DNA from: an uncultured cyanobacterium | GTDB taxonomy: Bacteria > Cyanobacteriota > Cyanobacteriia > Phormidesmidales > Phormidesmidaceae | NCBI GenBank assembly: GCA_963793265.1 | Contig: CAWBZI010000002.1 | Span: forward strand, 96,001-160,000 | Reading direction: 5' to 3' | DNA length: 64,000 nucleotides | Part shown: positions 40,101 to 51,600 of the stretch, in pieces | Position numbering within the stretch: position 1 is the stretch's first letter | How the letters are laid out: the number at the start of each line of letters is the position of its first letter | The notes under the pieces: model-generated | The model's database searches: none | What the model was told of the DNA's origin: nothing | The model's input: the letters and a program-made list of their open reading frames with translations, nothing else | Made by a program: the position numbers and the translations under genes

Positions 40101-41168
40101 ATGACGACAACACAAGTGCAACCAAGGGGTCTGCTAGAGGCTAAAAGCTGCTGGTTTGTGCCGTGGGCAGAACTTAGCGATCTAGACAATGCAGCTAGCC
40201 CAGATCATGGAAAGCTAAGAAAAGTTGATTCGGAACTCTCTGAAGCGGGTACTTTTCTTGAGGCGGGTAGCCCGTTTACGATTTCTCTAGAAGCCTTTGC
40301 CGTGCAGAACGCTCACGACAGTGATGGCACAAACGATCTTCTGGTCAGAACGTTTGTGCGCTATGGAGATGAGCCAAAAACAGAAACTATAAATTATTTC
40401 GGCACTGACATCGCTGCGGCATCCTTTGTAGACAATCTGGAATATGAGCATGTCTTCTCCAGGCGTGATTTTTCTGAAAATGTTCGGATATGGCTCTCGC
40501 TAGAAATTGCAGAAATCGATAAGGGACTAGCAAAAGACGACGTTGCTTCTGGCCTAGAAAAAATGCGCGCTCAGTTTGGGGCTGTTTTTTCCTCATTCAT
40601 TCCGTTTGCGACAGTCGCTGGGGTTGCGATGGATACAGTTTCAGGGCTCAAGAAGATTAGAGAATCTGCTAGCCAGAACAAAAAAATTCTCTCTAGTCAG
40701 ATAGATCTTTATGCAATGACTTTTAGCGGCGGAGATGCGCCGCTGCGCTGCGGTGCATACGTTTTCTTTAATGAGGACGTGCCAGGCGTTCAGTACCGTT
40801 TAGGCTCAGGATTTAAGCTCAAACGCGCTGCTATAAAGGATAAAGACGTGCCGATTCTGCATGACTACGCGGTGGTAAAAATTACGCCCGGCTTTATTGA
40901 CTCAGGCAAGAATCCTGAGGAGATACTGAAGAATCAGGAGCTGGCCAAAGTGCTAAGTTCCGAAGATGACGGTGCCAGCGCAGAGCAACGTTCCGATCAC
41001 TTTGACTTTTTGTCTGGGCTGATTGATAGCGCCAATAAGCTCAAAGATATTGATTACTACCGCGAAGTAACAACAGCCGCTAACACGTTCAACCGTCCGC
41101 TTACGCCCGCCCAAGAAAATAGGCTCGTTGAGATTAAAACGAGACTAGGCCAGTATCTTTCTGACTAA
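40101..41168 (+). CDS. Hypothetical protein with central amphipathic/hydrophobic segment
   Basis: Long ORF in an operon context; contains FGAVFSSFIPFATVAGVAM; family not recognised. Confidence 0.75.
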   Translation: MTTTQVQPRGLLEAKSCWFVPWAELSDLDNAASPDHGKLRKVDSELSEAGTFLEAGSPFTISLEAFAVQNAHDSDGTNDLLVRTFVRYGDEPKTETINYFGTDIAAASFVDNLEYEHVFSRRDFSENVRIWLSLEIAEIDKGLAKDDVASGLEKMRAQFGAVFSSFIPFATVAGVAMDTVSGLKKIRESASQNKKILSSQIDLYAMTFSGGDAPLRCGAYVFFNEDVPGVQYRLGSGFKLKRAAIKDKDVPILHDYAVVKITPGFIDSGKNPEEILKNQELAKVLSSEDDGASAEQRSDHFDFLSGLIDSANKLKDIDYYREVTTAANTFNRPLTPAQENRLVEIKTRLGQYLSD

Positions 41169-41205
41169 AAAGTTTCAGCAACAAAACTCTCTAGAGGTAA
41201 TTAAA

Positions 41206-42105
41206 GTGATTTCAAGCGACAAGTTAAGAGACGGTGCACAGGTAGGAAAAGTTGGAAATCAATCGTTTGAGCTAATGAGACAAAATATAGCGCAAGTGAA
41301 AAGCGGGTTGTCTAGGGGCGATCGCGCACCCTCTTTCTCAGATACGCTCAAGCTAACAACACCTTTTATGCAGGGTGAAACGGTAAAGGCGCTGCAGTAC
41401 AATCTGTCAGACCTGAGCTTTGCAGCCCATGCAGACGGTACGTTTGGGCCATCGACCGAGGCCGCCGTTAAAGCTTTTCAACAGTCTCACGGACTGACGG
41501 CTGATGGCGTTGCAGGCCAGATCACCCTGACAAAAATTCGCGAGGTGAAGCGACAGGCCGTGACCAGTTCGGCCATGCCCGCTCACATGATGGATAGCGG
41601 CATGGTGTCTGACTGGGCAGGCGGCGATAAGCTTGCTGCGGTTGAGGCGATTAAACGAGAGGCCAGACGACAGAAGATTTCGGAGCGATCGCACATAGCC
41701 TACATCTTAGCCACTGTCGATCACGAAACAAACGGATCGTTTCAGCCAGTAGAGGAGGGCTACTATCTAGGAGCCAATGCAGAGGCTCATCGTCAAACGC
41801 TGGACTATTATCCTTACTACGGTCGAGGCTATGTGCAGATTACCTGGGCCGAGAACTATCACAAATACTCGAAGCTAACAGGTTTAGACTTGCTCAATCA
41901 GCCAGAGTGGATGCTGCGGCCAGACGTTTCTCTCTTTGTTTTGATAGATGGGATGAAGCGAGGCGTGTTCACAGGCAGGCGGCTGGATGACTTTACTACG
42001 GGTAGCCGTTTTGATTTTGTCGAAGCTCGTAGGATCATTAACGGTAAAGACAGGGCCGAAGAGATAGCGAGCCTGGCCGATAGCTGGCTGTCTGGAACTG
42101 CCTGA
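41206..42105 (+). CDS. Peptidoglycan-binding domain + GH19 (chitinase/lysozyme-like) hydrolase
   Basis: DGTFGPSTEAAVKAFQ..GLTADGVAG; AYILATVDHET, YYGRGYVQITWAENY, ARRIING; GAGG RBS before GTG. Confidence 0.88.
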   Translation: MISSDKLRDGAQVGKVGNQSFELMRQNIAQVKSGLSRGDRAPSFSDTLKLTTPFMQGETVKALQYNLSDLSFAAHADGTFGPSTEAAVKAFQQSHGLTADGVAGQITLTKIREVKRQAVTSSAMPAHMMDSGMVSDWAGGDKLAAVEAIKREARRQKISERSHIAYILATVDHETNGSFQPVEEGYYLGANAEAHRQTLDYYPYYGRGYVQITWAENYHKYSKLTGLDLLNQPEWMLRPDVSLFVLIDGMKRGVFTGRRLDDFTTGSRFDFVEARRIINGKDRAEEIASLADSWLSGTA

Positions 42106-42128
42106 GCTGCTGCTGTACGCTATTGAAT

Positions 42129-42159
42129 AGTCGCTGTTGTTAAACGGCAGCGACTTTAT
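42129..42159 (+). terminator. Intrinsic terminator closing the caspase-lipase to GH19 unit
   Basis: agtcgctgttg-ttaaa-cggcagcgact-ttat. Confidence 0.65.
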
Positions 42160-42186
42160 GCATTTACCTTCTGCGTATCTACTACT

Positions 42187-44430
42187 ATGCCTGTTCTTCG
42201 AGTCTGTAAAATTCTAGTTTTAGCTGCCAACCCTCAAGACACGTCAGGGCTGCGGCTAGATGAGGAGGTGCGCGGCATTCAGCGCAGTATTCAGATGGCA
42301 AAAGAGCGCGATCGCTTCCAAATCATCTCTGAATGGGCCGTAAGAACAGAAGACCTGATCCAAATACTGATGACCCATCAGCCGCAGATTGTTCATTTTA
42401 TTGGGCACGGCAGCGGTCAACAGGGCTTAGTGCTAGATGACGGCAGGGGGCGTAGCCAAACGGTGCCCACGCGGGCGCTGGCGAGACTGTTTCAGCAGGT
42501 GAGCAGCGTGGAGTGCGTACTGCTAAACGCCTGCTATTCTGACACGCAGGCGAAAGCGATTGTTCAGTTTGTTTCCTGCGTGGTGGGAATGAATCAGCAG
42601 ATTGGCGATCCGGCAGCGACCAGCTTTTCGCGGGGTTTTTATACCGCGCTAGGGCACGGCAGCGCCTATGAAGCCGCTTATGAAATGGGGCGTACGGCAA
42701 TTGACTTAGAAGGGATTACAGAAGTGGAAACGCCTGTGCTGAGAACCCGTACGGGCCGAGTAATCAATGAGCGGTCTGCGCTAGATACTCAGCAAGACAG
42801 GCAGGCGAGGGCTCAGCGCGGCGAACAGGTGAGGGCTCAGCATGTATTTATCAGCTATCGAGATCAGTCGCCAGATAAAGATCTTGCTCAAGTGTTTTAC
42901 GATGCTTTTATCGACGCTGGGCATAGCGCTTTTATGGCGGCGGAGAGTATTAGATTAGGGGAAGACTGGCGCGATCGCATTGCGCTAGAGCTACGCCAGT
43001 GCGACTACTTTTTGCTTTTACTCTCGCCGCTATCAGCGATGAGCGAGATGGTGACAGAAGAGGTAAAAAGAGCGCGATCGTTTAGAGATCGGCGCGAAGA
43101 CGGCAGGCCCACCATCTTACCGATTCGGGTCAAGTTTCCAATAGACGATCCGCTAAACTACGAGCTACGAGGATATTTGCAGAAGATTCAGCAGCGAGAA
43201 TGGCAGTCTGAGGCCGACACGCCCGCGCTATTGCTAGAGCTAATAGCATTGCTGCAAGATGAGGTAGCGCTGCCGATTAGTCAGCCTGTCAGCACAAGAG
43301 ATATCGGCCTTGACCTTAGCCTTGAACAGGACGAAAGGCCGCTGCTGCCGCGTTCTGTTGTAGAAAGCATTGACCAGCCGCCGCTGCCAGTCGCAGAGCC
43401 GGAGCTGAAAAGAGAGCCGGGTGGGTCGGTGCCGCTGAAGTCGGGGCTGTATGTAAATAGGTCACCGATTGAAGCGGACTGTTTTGCTGAGATTGAACAA
43501 CCCGGTGCGTTGATTCGGATAAAAGCGCCGCGTCAGATGGGCAAAACATCGCTGATGGCACGCATTCTCAATCATTCTAGAGAGCTGGGCTATCAGACGG
43601 TGCCGATTAGCTTTCAGCGGGCAGATAGCTGTTTGTTTAACGATTTAGACCTGCTGCTGAAGTGGTTTTGCTCGCAGGTGGGGCGCAGGCTCAAAAAGCT
43701 GGCTGCGCTGGAAGATTACTGGACTGGCTTTGGCAGTAAGGACAAGTGCAATGCTTATTTTGAAGAATGCCTGCTGGCAGATTTGGAAGCGCCGCTGGTG
43801 CTAGCGCTTGATGAGGTAGACATGGTGTTTCCACATCCGGCGGTAGCGGACGACTTTTTTGCGCTGGTGCGCTCCTGGTATGAGTCGGCGCGCTATGGAG
43901 ACTTTGGTAGCGAGCTGTGGGAAAACCTGCGGCTGGTGATTGTTCATTCTACCGAAGTCTATGTGCCGCTGAACATCAACCAGTCTCCTTTTAACGTGGG
44001 CAAAAATGTAGAGCTGATGGAGTTTACCGCCGAGCAGGTGCAAGATCTAGCTGAGCGCTACGATCCGTCTGCTCGGATGAGTCAGACGCAGGCGCTGATG
44101 GCTTTGGTGAACGGGCATCCCTATCTAATTCGCAAAGCGCTGTACCACCTGCGGCGAGAAGATTTAACGCTGAATGAATTGGCTGAAACGGCGGCGACTG
44201 AAGCAGGCATCTATAGCGATCATCTGCGGCGGCATCTATACGTATTGCAAGACTATCCGCGGCTAGCAGAGGCATTTCGGCAGGTGGTGACCAAGCGTCA
44301 GGGCGTAGATATCGATGCGGAGTCGTCGTTTAAGTTGGAGAGTATGGGGCTGGTGAGACTGTCGGGTAATGAGGCAGCGCCGCGCTGCGAGGTGTACCGC
44401 GAGTATTTTTGCGAGCATCTAGAAGGCTAA
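42187..44430 (+). CDS. CHAT + TIR + AAA_35-like ATPase protein
   Basis: [12 protein letters not shown] / LLNACYS; TIR VFISY...[36 protein letters not shown]. Confidence 0.9.
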   Translation: MPVLRVCKILVLAANPQDTSGLRLDEEVRGIQRSIQMAKERDRFQIISEWAVRTEDLIQILMTHQPQIVHFIGHGSGQQGLVLDDGRGRSQTVPTRALARLFQQVSSVECVLLNACYSDTQAKAIVQFVSCVVGMNQQIGDPAATSFSRGFYTALGHGSAYEAAYEMGRTAIDLEGITEVETPVLRTRTGRVINERSALDTQQDRQARAQRGEQVRAQHVFISYRDQSPDKDLAQVFYDAFIDAGHSAFMAAESIRLGEDWRDRIALELRQCDYFLLLLSPLSAMSEMVTEEVKRARSFRDRREDGRPTILPIRVKFPIDDPLNYELRGYLQKIQQREWQSEADTPALLLELIALLQDEVALPISQPVSTRDIGLDLSLEQDERPLLPRSVVESIDQPPLPVAEPELKREPGGSVPLKSGLYVNRSPIEADCFAEIEQPGALIRIKAPRQMGKTSLMARILNHSRELGYQTVPISFQRADSCLFNDLDLLLKWFCSQVGRRLKKLAALEDYWTGFGSKDKCNAYFEECLLADLEAPLVLALDEVDMVFPHPAVADDFFALVRSWYESARYGDFGSELWENLRLVIVHSTEVYVPLNINQSPFNVGKNVELMEFTAEQVQDLAERYDPSARMSQTQALMALVNGHPYLIRKALYHLRREDLTLNELAETAATEAGIYSDHLRRHLYVLQDYPRLAEAFRQVVTKRQGVDIDAESSFKLESMGLVRLSGNEAAPRCEVYREYFCEHLEG

Positions 44431-44468
44431 AGGAAGGTCAAAAGGAAACTCTAAAAAGGAGGTCGGCG

Positions 44469-47400
44469 GTGAGAACAGCAACGGCAATTCAGTATACAGT
44501 TGGCGGAGCGCTGCGGCAGGATGCGCCTACTTATGTGGTTAGACAGGCAGATAGCGAACTTTACGAGGCGCTGATGGCCCGAGAGTATTGCTATGTGTTC
44601 AACTCTCGGCAAATGGGAAAGTCTAGCCTGCGGGTGCAGGTAATGCAGCGGCTGCTGAGTGAGGGCATGGCCTGCGGAGTTGTTGAGGTGACCAGTATTG
44701 TTGAATCAGGGACGACTTCAGAGCAGTGGTATCTGGGACTGATTCGGCGGCTGGCTCGGAGCTTGCGGCTCAAGGTGAAGGTATTGGAATGGTGGCGCGA
44801 TCGCACGGGCCTTTCGCCTATTCAATGCTTCAGCGAGTTTGTTGAAGACGTGCTGCTGCCCGCAATTGATCGCCCTGTTGTCATTTTCATAGACGAAATT
44901 GACAGTTTGTTTAATTTCGACTTCAACGACGATTTTTTCGCGCTGATTCGCGCTTTTTATCAGGAGCGTGCGGAAAATGAGGCGTATCGGTACTTGAGCT
45001 TTGTGCTATTAGGCGTAGCAACACCAGGCGATTTGATTCGTAACAAGCAGCGAACATCGTTTAATATTGGCGGCCAGTTTATCAACTTGAAGGGGTTTCA
45101 ACCGACTGAAACCAAACCTTTAGAGGCTGGCATTATCCGGCAAGCAGACAATCCGACAGCGGTGCTAGCGGCAATTCTAGACTGGACAAAGGGACAGCCG
45201 TTTTTAACACAACGGCTGTGTCAGCTTATTGCTGAAATGGATTTTAAGATTGTTGCAGGTGAGGAGCAGGCGCAGGTTGATCAGATAGTGCGATCGCGCC
45301 TTATAGAAGACTGGGAAGCCCAAGACGTATCGGTGCATTTGAAAACGATTCGCGATCGCATCCTCATTGATGAAACGCAAGCGGGCCGACTGCTGGGCCT
45401 ATACGAGCGCATTCTAATAGCTCAGAAAGTGCCTGCAACGGGCAGCGATGAACAAATTCAGCTACGGCTATCAGGGCTAATCCGTGAAGAGAATGGCTGC
45501 TTGCGGGTAGCCAATCCCATCTACCGGGCCGTATTTAATCAAGCCTGGATTGATGCGAGATTGTTGAGGCTGCGACCCTATGGCAGAGAGATTGCCGCCT
45601 GGTTGGCTTCAGCGAAAAAAGATGAGTCCCGGCTGTTAGAAGGAAAGGCTTTACAGAATGCGAGAGATTGGGCAGCCGGAAAGCTACTGAGCGACGACGA
45701 TCGGCTCTTTTTAGATGCCAGCCAGGAGCTAAGTCAGCGAGAGTTGCGTAAAGTGCTCTCTGCTGAGCAGCAGGCCAAAGAGATTTTGGCAGCGGCGAAC
45801 CGAAAGGCCGAGTCTCGGCTGCGGATAGGACGACTGGCTTTGGGCGGCACGGTTTTGGGTGCGATCGCTGCGGCCAGTGTAGCTGGATACGGGCTTTGGA
45901 ATGTAAGGCACCAAAAAGCAAACCTGGCACTTGAAATATCAGGAACTAACGCACTGCAAAAGTTTCAAAACAGGCCCATAGAAAGCTTGGTGGATGCGAT
46001 GAAAGCTGGGCAGCAGCTTCAGCAGCAGTCTAGACGCTCAGTAGACACTGATAGCTATCAGCACGCTGTTTATAGTCCATTAGTGGCGCTAGATAAGATT
46101 CTTCGAGAGATAACAGAAGTTAATCAAATTGAAATTTACAGCCGGGTTAGCAGTGCTAGCTTTAGCCCTGACGGACGGCGGATTGTAACCGCCAGCGAGA
46201 ATAGCGGCGCGCAGATATGGGATGCTGAGTCAGGCAAGGAACTACAGCAGTTCGAAGGCCATTCGGACGAGGTGACCAGCGCTAGCTTTAGCAGTGATGG
46301 ACAAAGAATCGTAACGACCAGTTACGACAATACCGTGCGGATATGGGATGCCGACTCAGGTGAGGAGCTACAGCAGCTCGACAGCGACTGGGAGAGGGTG
46401 AACAGCGCTAGCTTTAGTAATGACGGACGACGGATTGTAACGGCTAGTTATGACAACACCGTGCGGATATGGGACGCTGCGTCGGGCGCAGAACTACAAC
46501 AGCTTAAAGGCTATCCATCCACAGTCATCATTGCAAGCTTCAGCCCTGATGGGCAACAGATTGTAACGATCAGTGAGGCCACCGTGCGGATATGGGATGC
46601 CGAGTCGGGTGCACAACTACAAAAAGTTGAAGGTCATTCATCCATCGTGCACAGTGCCAGCTTCAGCCCTAATGGGAAGCAGATTGTAACAGCCAGTGCC
46701 GACAACACCGTGCGGATATGGGACGCTGCGTCGGGCGCAGAACTACAAAAGTTTGAAGGTCATTCGTCCATCGTGCACAGTGCTAGCTTTAGTGAGGATG
46801 GGCAGCGGATCTTAACAGCTAGTAATGATAACACCGTGCGGATATGGGACGCTGCGTCGGGCGCAGAACTACAAAAGTTTGAAGGTCATTCGTCCATCGT
46901 GCACAGTGCTAGCTTTAGCAAAGATGGGCAGCGGATTGTAACGGCCAGTTACGACAACACTGTGCGGATATGGGATACCGAGTCGGACAAGAAGATACAA
47001 CAGCTTGAAGGTCATTCATCCATACTGAACAGTGCTAGCTTTAGCGAAGATGGGCAGCGAATTGTAACGGCCAGTGGCGACACCACCGCACGGGTATGGA
47101 ATGCCAATTCAGGCGCAGAACTACAACAGCTCAAAGGCTATGAATACGGAGTCAACAGCGCCAGCTTTAGCCCTGATGGGCAGCGGATTGTAACGGCTAG
47201 TTGGGACAACACCGTGCGGGTATGGAATGCCGAATCGGGCAAAGAACTACAACAGCTCAAGGGACATTCATCTGCGGCGTATAGCGCCAGCTTTAGCCCT
47301 GATGGGCAGCGGATTGTAACGGCTAGTTGGGACAACACCGCGCGGGTATGGGATGCCGAATCAGGCGCAGAACTGCTACAGCTTGGCGGTCATTCATCGT

Positions 47401-48533
47401 CAATGAACAGTGCTAGCTTTAGCAAGGATGGGCGACGGATTGTAACGGCTAGTTGGGACAACACCGCGCGGGTATGGGATGCCGAATCAGGCGCAGAACT
47501 GCTACAGCTTGACGGTCATTCGTCTATAGTGAACAGTGCTAGCTTCAGCCGCGATGGGCAGCGGATTGTGACGGCGAGTAATGATAACACCACGCGGGTA
47601 TGGGATGCCGAATCAGGCGCAGAACTACTACAGCTTGACGGTCATTCATCGTCGGTGCGTAGTGCCAGCTTCAGCCGCGATGGGCAGCGGATTGTGACGG
47701 CGAGTGATGACTACACCGCACGGGTATGGGACGCCGAGTCGGGGGCGCTACTACAAAAGCTTGAAGGCCACACAGCGCCGGTTCGGGGTGCTAACTTCAG
47801 CCGCGACGGGCAGTGGATTGTAACGGCCAGCGTTGACAACACGGCTCGGATTTGGCCAGCACACAACCTGACTCAGCTACTCGAACAGGGCTGTGACTAC
47901 CTCAATGCTTATTTTGTGACGCATCCATATGATTTGGAGACACTGACAAGCTGTCAGACTGACGCTCGCAAGATAGCGGCTGCTCCCGCTTTTATCAAAG
48001 CAGGCGATCGCAATGCTGCCAATCATCAAATTGAACAAGCCATTGCCAGCTACCAAGACGCACTCCGGTGGAATCCGAGCGTCAGTATACAGCCTGAGCA
48101 ACGTGCCCAAGTTCAGTCTGCCCCTTTTTGGATTGGGCAGGGTAAAAACGCCATGAGCAAAGATGATACTTTAAAAGCAATAGAAGATATTGAAACAGCC
48201 TTTCAATTAGATCCCTCTGTTAGGGTTTCTGCCGTAGTTTTGAGCAGCCTCTGCTGGGTAGGAAGCCTTGAGGACTATGCAAAAGAGGCGATTTCCATCT
48301 GTGATGAGGCTGTAGAACGCCTGCCAACCGCTAATGTCTATGACAGTAGAGGAGTTGCTAGAGCTTTGATAGGAGACTATAGCGGCGCTGTTGCCGATTT
48401 GGAGAAAGCAATAGCGCTAGGTCTTGACGAGGAGTATGAGGTGAAAAGAAAAGCCTGGGTTACAGCGCTCAAGGCGGGCAGAAATCCATTGACGCCTAGT
48501 GAGCTAGAAGCTTTAAAGGCTGGCGAAACGTGA
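44469..48533 (+). CDS. AAA_35-like ATPase + TM + 14 WD40 repeats + TPR
   Basis: GTG start with [57 protein letters not shown] repeats; C-terminal [12 protein letters not shown]. Confidence 0.92.
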   Translation: MRTATAIQYTVGGALRQDAPTYVVRQADSELYEALMAREYCYVFNSRQMGKSSLRVQVMQRLLSEGMACGVVEVTSIVESGTTSEQWYLGLIRRLARSLRLKVKVLEWWRDRTGLSPIQCFSEFVEDVLLPAIDRPVVIFIDEIDSLFNFDFNDDFFALIRAFYQERAENEAYRYLSFVLLGVATPGDLIRNKQRTSFNIGGQFINLKGFQPTETKPLEAGIIRQADNPTAVLAAILDWTKGQPFLTQRLCQLIAEMDFKIVAGEEQAQVDQIVRSRLIEDWEAQDVSVHLKTIRDRILIDETQAGRLLGLYERILIAQKVPATGSDEQIQLRLSGLIREENGCLRVANPIYRAVFNQAWIDARLLRLRPYGREIAAWLASAKKDESRLLEGKALQNARDWAAGKLLSDDDRLFLDASQELSQRELRKVLSAEQQAKEILAAANRKAESRLRIGRLALGGTVLGAIAAASVAGYGLWNVRHQKANLALEISGTNALQKFQNRPIESLVDAMKAGQQLQQQSRRSVDTDSYQHAVYSPLVALDKILREITEVNQIEIYSRVSSASFSPDGRRIVTASENSGAQIWDAESGKELQQFEGHSDEVTSASFSSDGQRIVTTSYDNTVRIWDADSGEELQQLDSDWERVNSASFSNDGRRIVTASYDNTVRIWDAASGAELQQLKGYPSTVIIASFSPDGQQIVTISEATVRIWDAESGAQLQKVEGHSSIVHSASFSPNGKQIVTASADNTVRIWDAASGAELQKFEGHSSIVHSASFSEDGQRILTASNDNTVRIWDAASGAELQKFEGHSSIVHSASFSKDGQRIVTASYDNTVRIWDTESDKKIQQLEGHSSILNSASFSEDGQRIVTASGDTTARVWNANSGAELQQLKGYEYGVNSASFSPDGQRIVTASWDNTVRVWNAESGKELQQLKGHSSAAYSASFSPDGQRIVTASWDNTARVWDAESGAELLQLGGHSSSMNSASFSKDGRRIVTASWDNTARVWDAESGAELLQLDGHSSIVNSASFSRDGQRIVTASNDNTTRVWDAESGAELLQLDGHSSSVRSASFSRDGQRIVTASDDYTARVWDAESGALLQKLEGHTAPVRGANFSRDGQWIVTASVDNTARIWPAHNLTQLLEQGCDYLNAYFVTHPYDLETLTSCQTDARKIAAAPAFIKAGDRNAANHQIEQAIASYQDALRWNPSVSIQPEQRAQVQSAPFWIGQGKNAMSKDDTLKAIEDIETAFQLDPSVRVSAVVLSSLCWVGSLEDYAKEAISICDEAVERLPTANVYDSRGVARALIGDYSGAVADLEKAIALGLDEEYEVKRKAWVTALKAGRNPLTPSELEALKAGET
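46140..47860 (+). repeat. Array of 14 highly similar ~126-bp WD40-coding repeats
   Basis: An identical stretch of ~85 bp recurs at ~46705 and ~46831; 126-bp period. Confidence 0.9.
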
Positions 48534-48565
48534 TAAATGTCACGGCCTGACAATGACATTTATCA
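48531..48565. promoter_or_regulatory. Inverted repeat upstream of caspase-STAND-WD40 gene
   Basis: tgataaatgtca-N11-tgacatttatca. Confidence 0.5.
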
Positions 48566-48641
48566 GATGTTTTTGAAGCGGCTGGTCTTGTAGGTTGAGG
48601 TTATCTTTCTAGCGAGTAACCCTTTGTAGCGGTAGCCTGTC

Positions 48642-51600
48642 ATGTCTGAATTCTCTCACAATCTAGCCGTTGTTGTTGGCATCGATCGCTACACCAACGG
48701 CATTGCACCCCTTCAGACGGCGGTGAGCGATGTGAGGGCGATCGCACATCAGCTACAGCAGGCCCATCACTACCAAGTTCTCTCATACATCAACGAGCAG
48801 GCCACATTAGCCAACTTGCAGCACTTGCTAACGGTCATTTTGCCGCAGCAGGTCAAGCCCGATAGCCGCCTGCTCCTTTACTTTGCGGGGCACGGCATTG
48901 CCCTCAACGGTGACGAGCAGCCGGAAGGCTACCTAATTCCGCAAGATGCTACGACTGGAAACACCAGCGGCTACCTCTCGATGCCGATGCTACAAGCGGC
49001 GCTGAGCAAGCTGCCCTGTCGGCACTTTTTAGGCATTTTAGACTGCTGCTTTGCAGGCATGTTTCGCTGGTCTAGCACGCGCGATATCAGCTACGTTCCA
49101 GACGTAATTTACAAAGAGCGCTACGACCGCTTTATTCAAGATGCGGCCTGGCAAATTATCACGTCTGCCGCCTACGACCAGCGGGCCTTAGATTCTCTAT
49201 CTATCGAGACTGACCGGGGACAGGTTGGCAATCACTCTCCTTTCGCCACGGCGCTACTAGAAGCCCTTTCTGGCGAAGCAGATCTCTATCCTGCTGCAAA
49301 GAAAAGTATATCTGCTGGCGACGGTGTGATTACAGCAACAGAGCTGTATTTATATATACGAGATCGGGTTGAGCCGATAGCAGCAGCCAGAGAGCAGCGG
49401 CAAACACCGGGTTTGTGGCCGCTGCGAAGACACGACAAAGGAGAATATATCTTTCTGTCGCCGGAGCATCCGCTCAACCTGCCGCCTGCCCCAGTGCTGA
49501 GTCCATCGAAGAATCCCTATCGTGGACTGAAAGCATTTGAGCCCGCTGATAGCGATCTGTTTTTTGGCAGACAGAGATTGAGCCAGCAGCTTTTTAAGGC
49601 AGTGAGCCAGCAGCCTTTAACGGTCGTGCTAGGCGCTTCGGGCAGCGGTAAGTCTAGCCTGGCAAAGGCCGGGCTGGTTGCCAAGCTGATGCAGCAAGCG
49701 CGTAGCGAGGCGGTTAGCGGAGTCGTTGACCACTGGCAGGTTTTGCCGGTTCTGCGTTTAGGTGATGACCCATTTTCAGCTTTGCAACAGATGTTGAGTG
49801 AGGAAGGAGAAGGACAGGAGACGCTAACTGACTATGTGAACGATTGGCGTCGGCGCGTGCCTGGCTGTCGGGTGGTGCTGGTGATAGATCAGTTTGAAGA
49901 ATTGATTACGCTTGGGGCAAGTGAGCCTGAAAGAGAGTCTTTTTTGGAGATGCTGAATCGCACGATCGCTACTCACCCAAACCAGCTACGCCTTGTCCTC
50001 ACACTGCGCTCTGATTTTGAACCTCAGCTTCAAAGCACTGCCCTCAAGCCCTATTGGCACGACGCTCGCTTTATCGTTACACCGATGAGCAGAGCCGACC
50101 TGCGCGCTGCCATTGTTCAACCTGCTGCCGCACGCGTTATTCATTTCCAATCAGACGACGCTGAGCATTCGCTTGTCGATCGGCTCATTGACGAGGTAGC
50201 AGAGATGCCAGGTGCGCTGCCGCTGCTCTCTTTTACGCTTAGCGAGCTATATCTGAAATATCTAGAGCGACAGAATGAGGCAAAGCGTAAAGGGCAGATC
50301 ATTGAGCGAACGATTACAGAGGCCGACTATAGAGAATTAGGAGGAGTTGCCCGTAGTCTGACTCAGCGAGCCGACGAGGAGTATGAGACGTTAGTTGCTC
50401 GCGATCCAAAGTACGCGCTGACCATCCGCAATATGATGCTGCGCCTGGTGGCCGTGAACGGCGCGCAAATTGCTCGCAGAAGCGTTTTATTAGAAGAGTT
50501 TGACTATCCAACGATAGAGAATCAAAGGGTGCAGACGGTGATTCAACAGTTTACGGCGGCGCGTTTGCTTGTGAAGGGCGAGGGCGCTGACGGGCGGATC
50601 TATGTAGAACCAGCTCACGATGCTCTGGTGCTGGGCTGGCAGCGATTGTTGGCCTGGCAGCAGATAGAAAAGGCCGATTTGATATTGCAGCGGCGGCTAA
50701 CATCAGCGGCACAGGAGTGGCGATCGCGTCCCGCCAAAGAGGCACCCAAGTTCCTTTGGCACGCGAACCCCTATCTCGATGTTTTCCAGCAAATGCTAAA
50801 GATAAATAGCCACCGATTAAACAAACTCGAAACCACCTTTGTTCAAAAAAGCTTACTGCGCAGGCGTCAAAATGCAAGCTGGCGATGGCGAATTGCGATC
50901 GCGACTATTCTAGGGCTTAGCGGCCTGTCAATTGCCGCCATTGCCGGACGTAGAGATGCCCTAGTCGGCCAAATTAGCACCGCTCAAAATGCGGCAGACG
51001 TCAATTTTCGCGCAGGCCAATCGCTCGACGCCCTGCGCGATAGTCTGGTAGCTGCGCAGATTTTTGAGCAGCCGCTGCTACAGATTTTTAGACCTGATCA
51101 ACAATTGCGATCGCGGGTCACCGGAATGCTGCAAACCATGGTCTATGCCACCCCAGAGCGCAACCGCCTAATCGCACATCAGGGCACTGTTCGCAGCGAT
51201 ACGAGCCCAAATGGTGAGTTTGTTGTCAGCGCTGGGGAGGATGACAGGGTTGTTGTTTGGAACCAGCAAGGACAAAAACAGGCCCAGTGGACAGCTCAGC
51301 AGGAGCAGATATACAGCGTTCGCATTAGCCTCGATAGCCAGACGATTGCAACTGGCGGGGCAGACGGCAGCGTTCGTTTGTGGAACGCTCAAGGGCAGCT
51401 ACTTACAGAATTAAAAGGACATCGCGATATTGTCAGAGGGATTAGCTTTAGTCCTGATGGGCGATCGCTGGCGACCGCTGGCCAAGACAAAGCAATTCGA
51501 CTTTGGGATTTACAACAGCAGCAGATACGCGCGACCTTGGCAGGCCATAAAGCAGCCGTTTGGAGCATTGCCTTTAGTCCCAACGGCCAGCAGCTAGCCA

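Noticed and set aside
39296..42105. Prophage lysis module
   Set aside because: No integrase, capsid, tail or terminase genes nearby, and the genes are embedded in a host-like region with HIP1 sites.
46140..47860. Regularly spaced DNA repeats as a CRISPR array or DGR
   Set aside because: They are in-frame 126-bp WD40 units with no unique spacers, and there are no cas or reverse transcriptase genes in the window.
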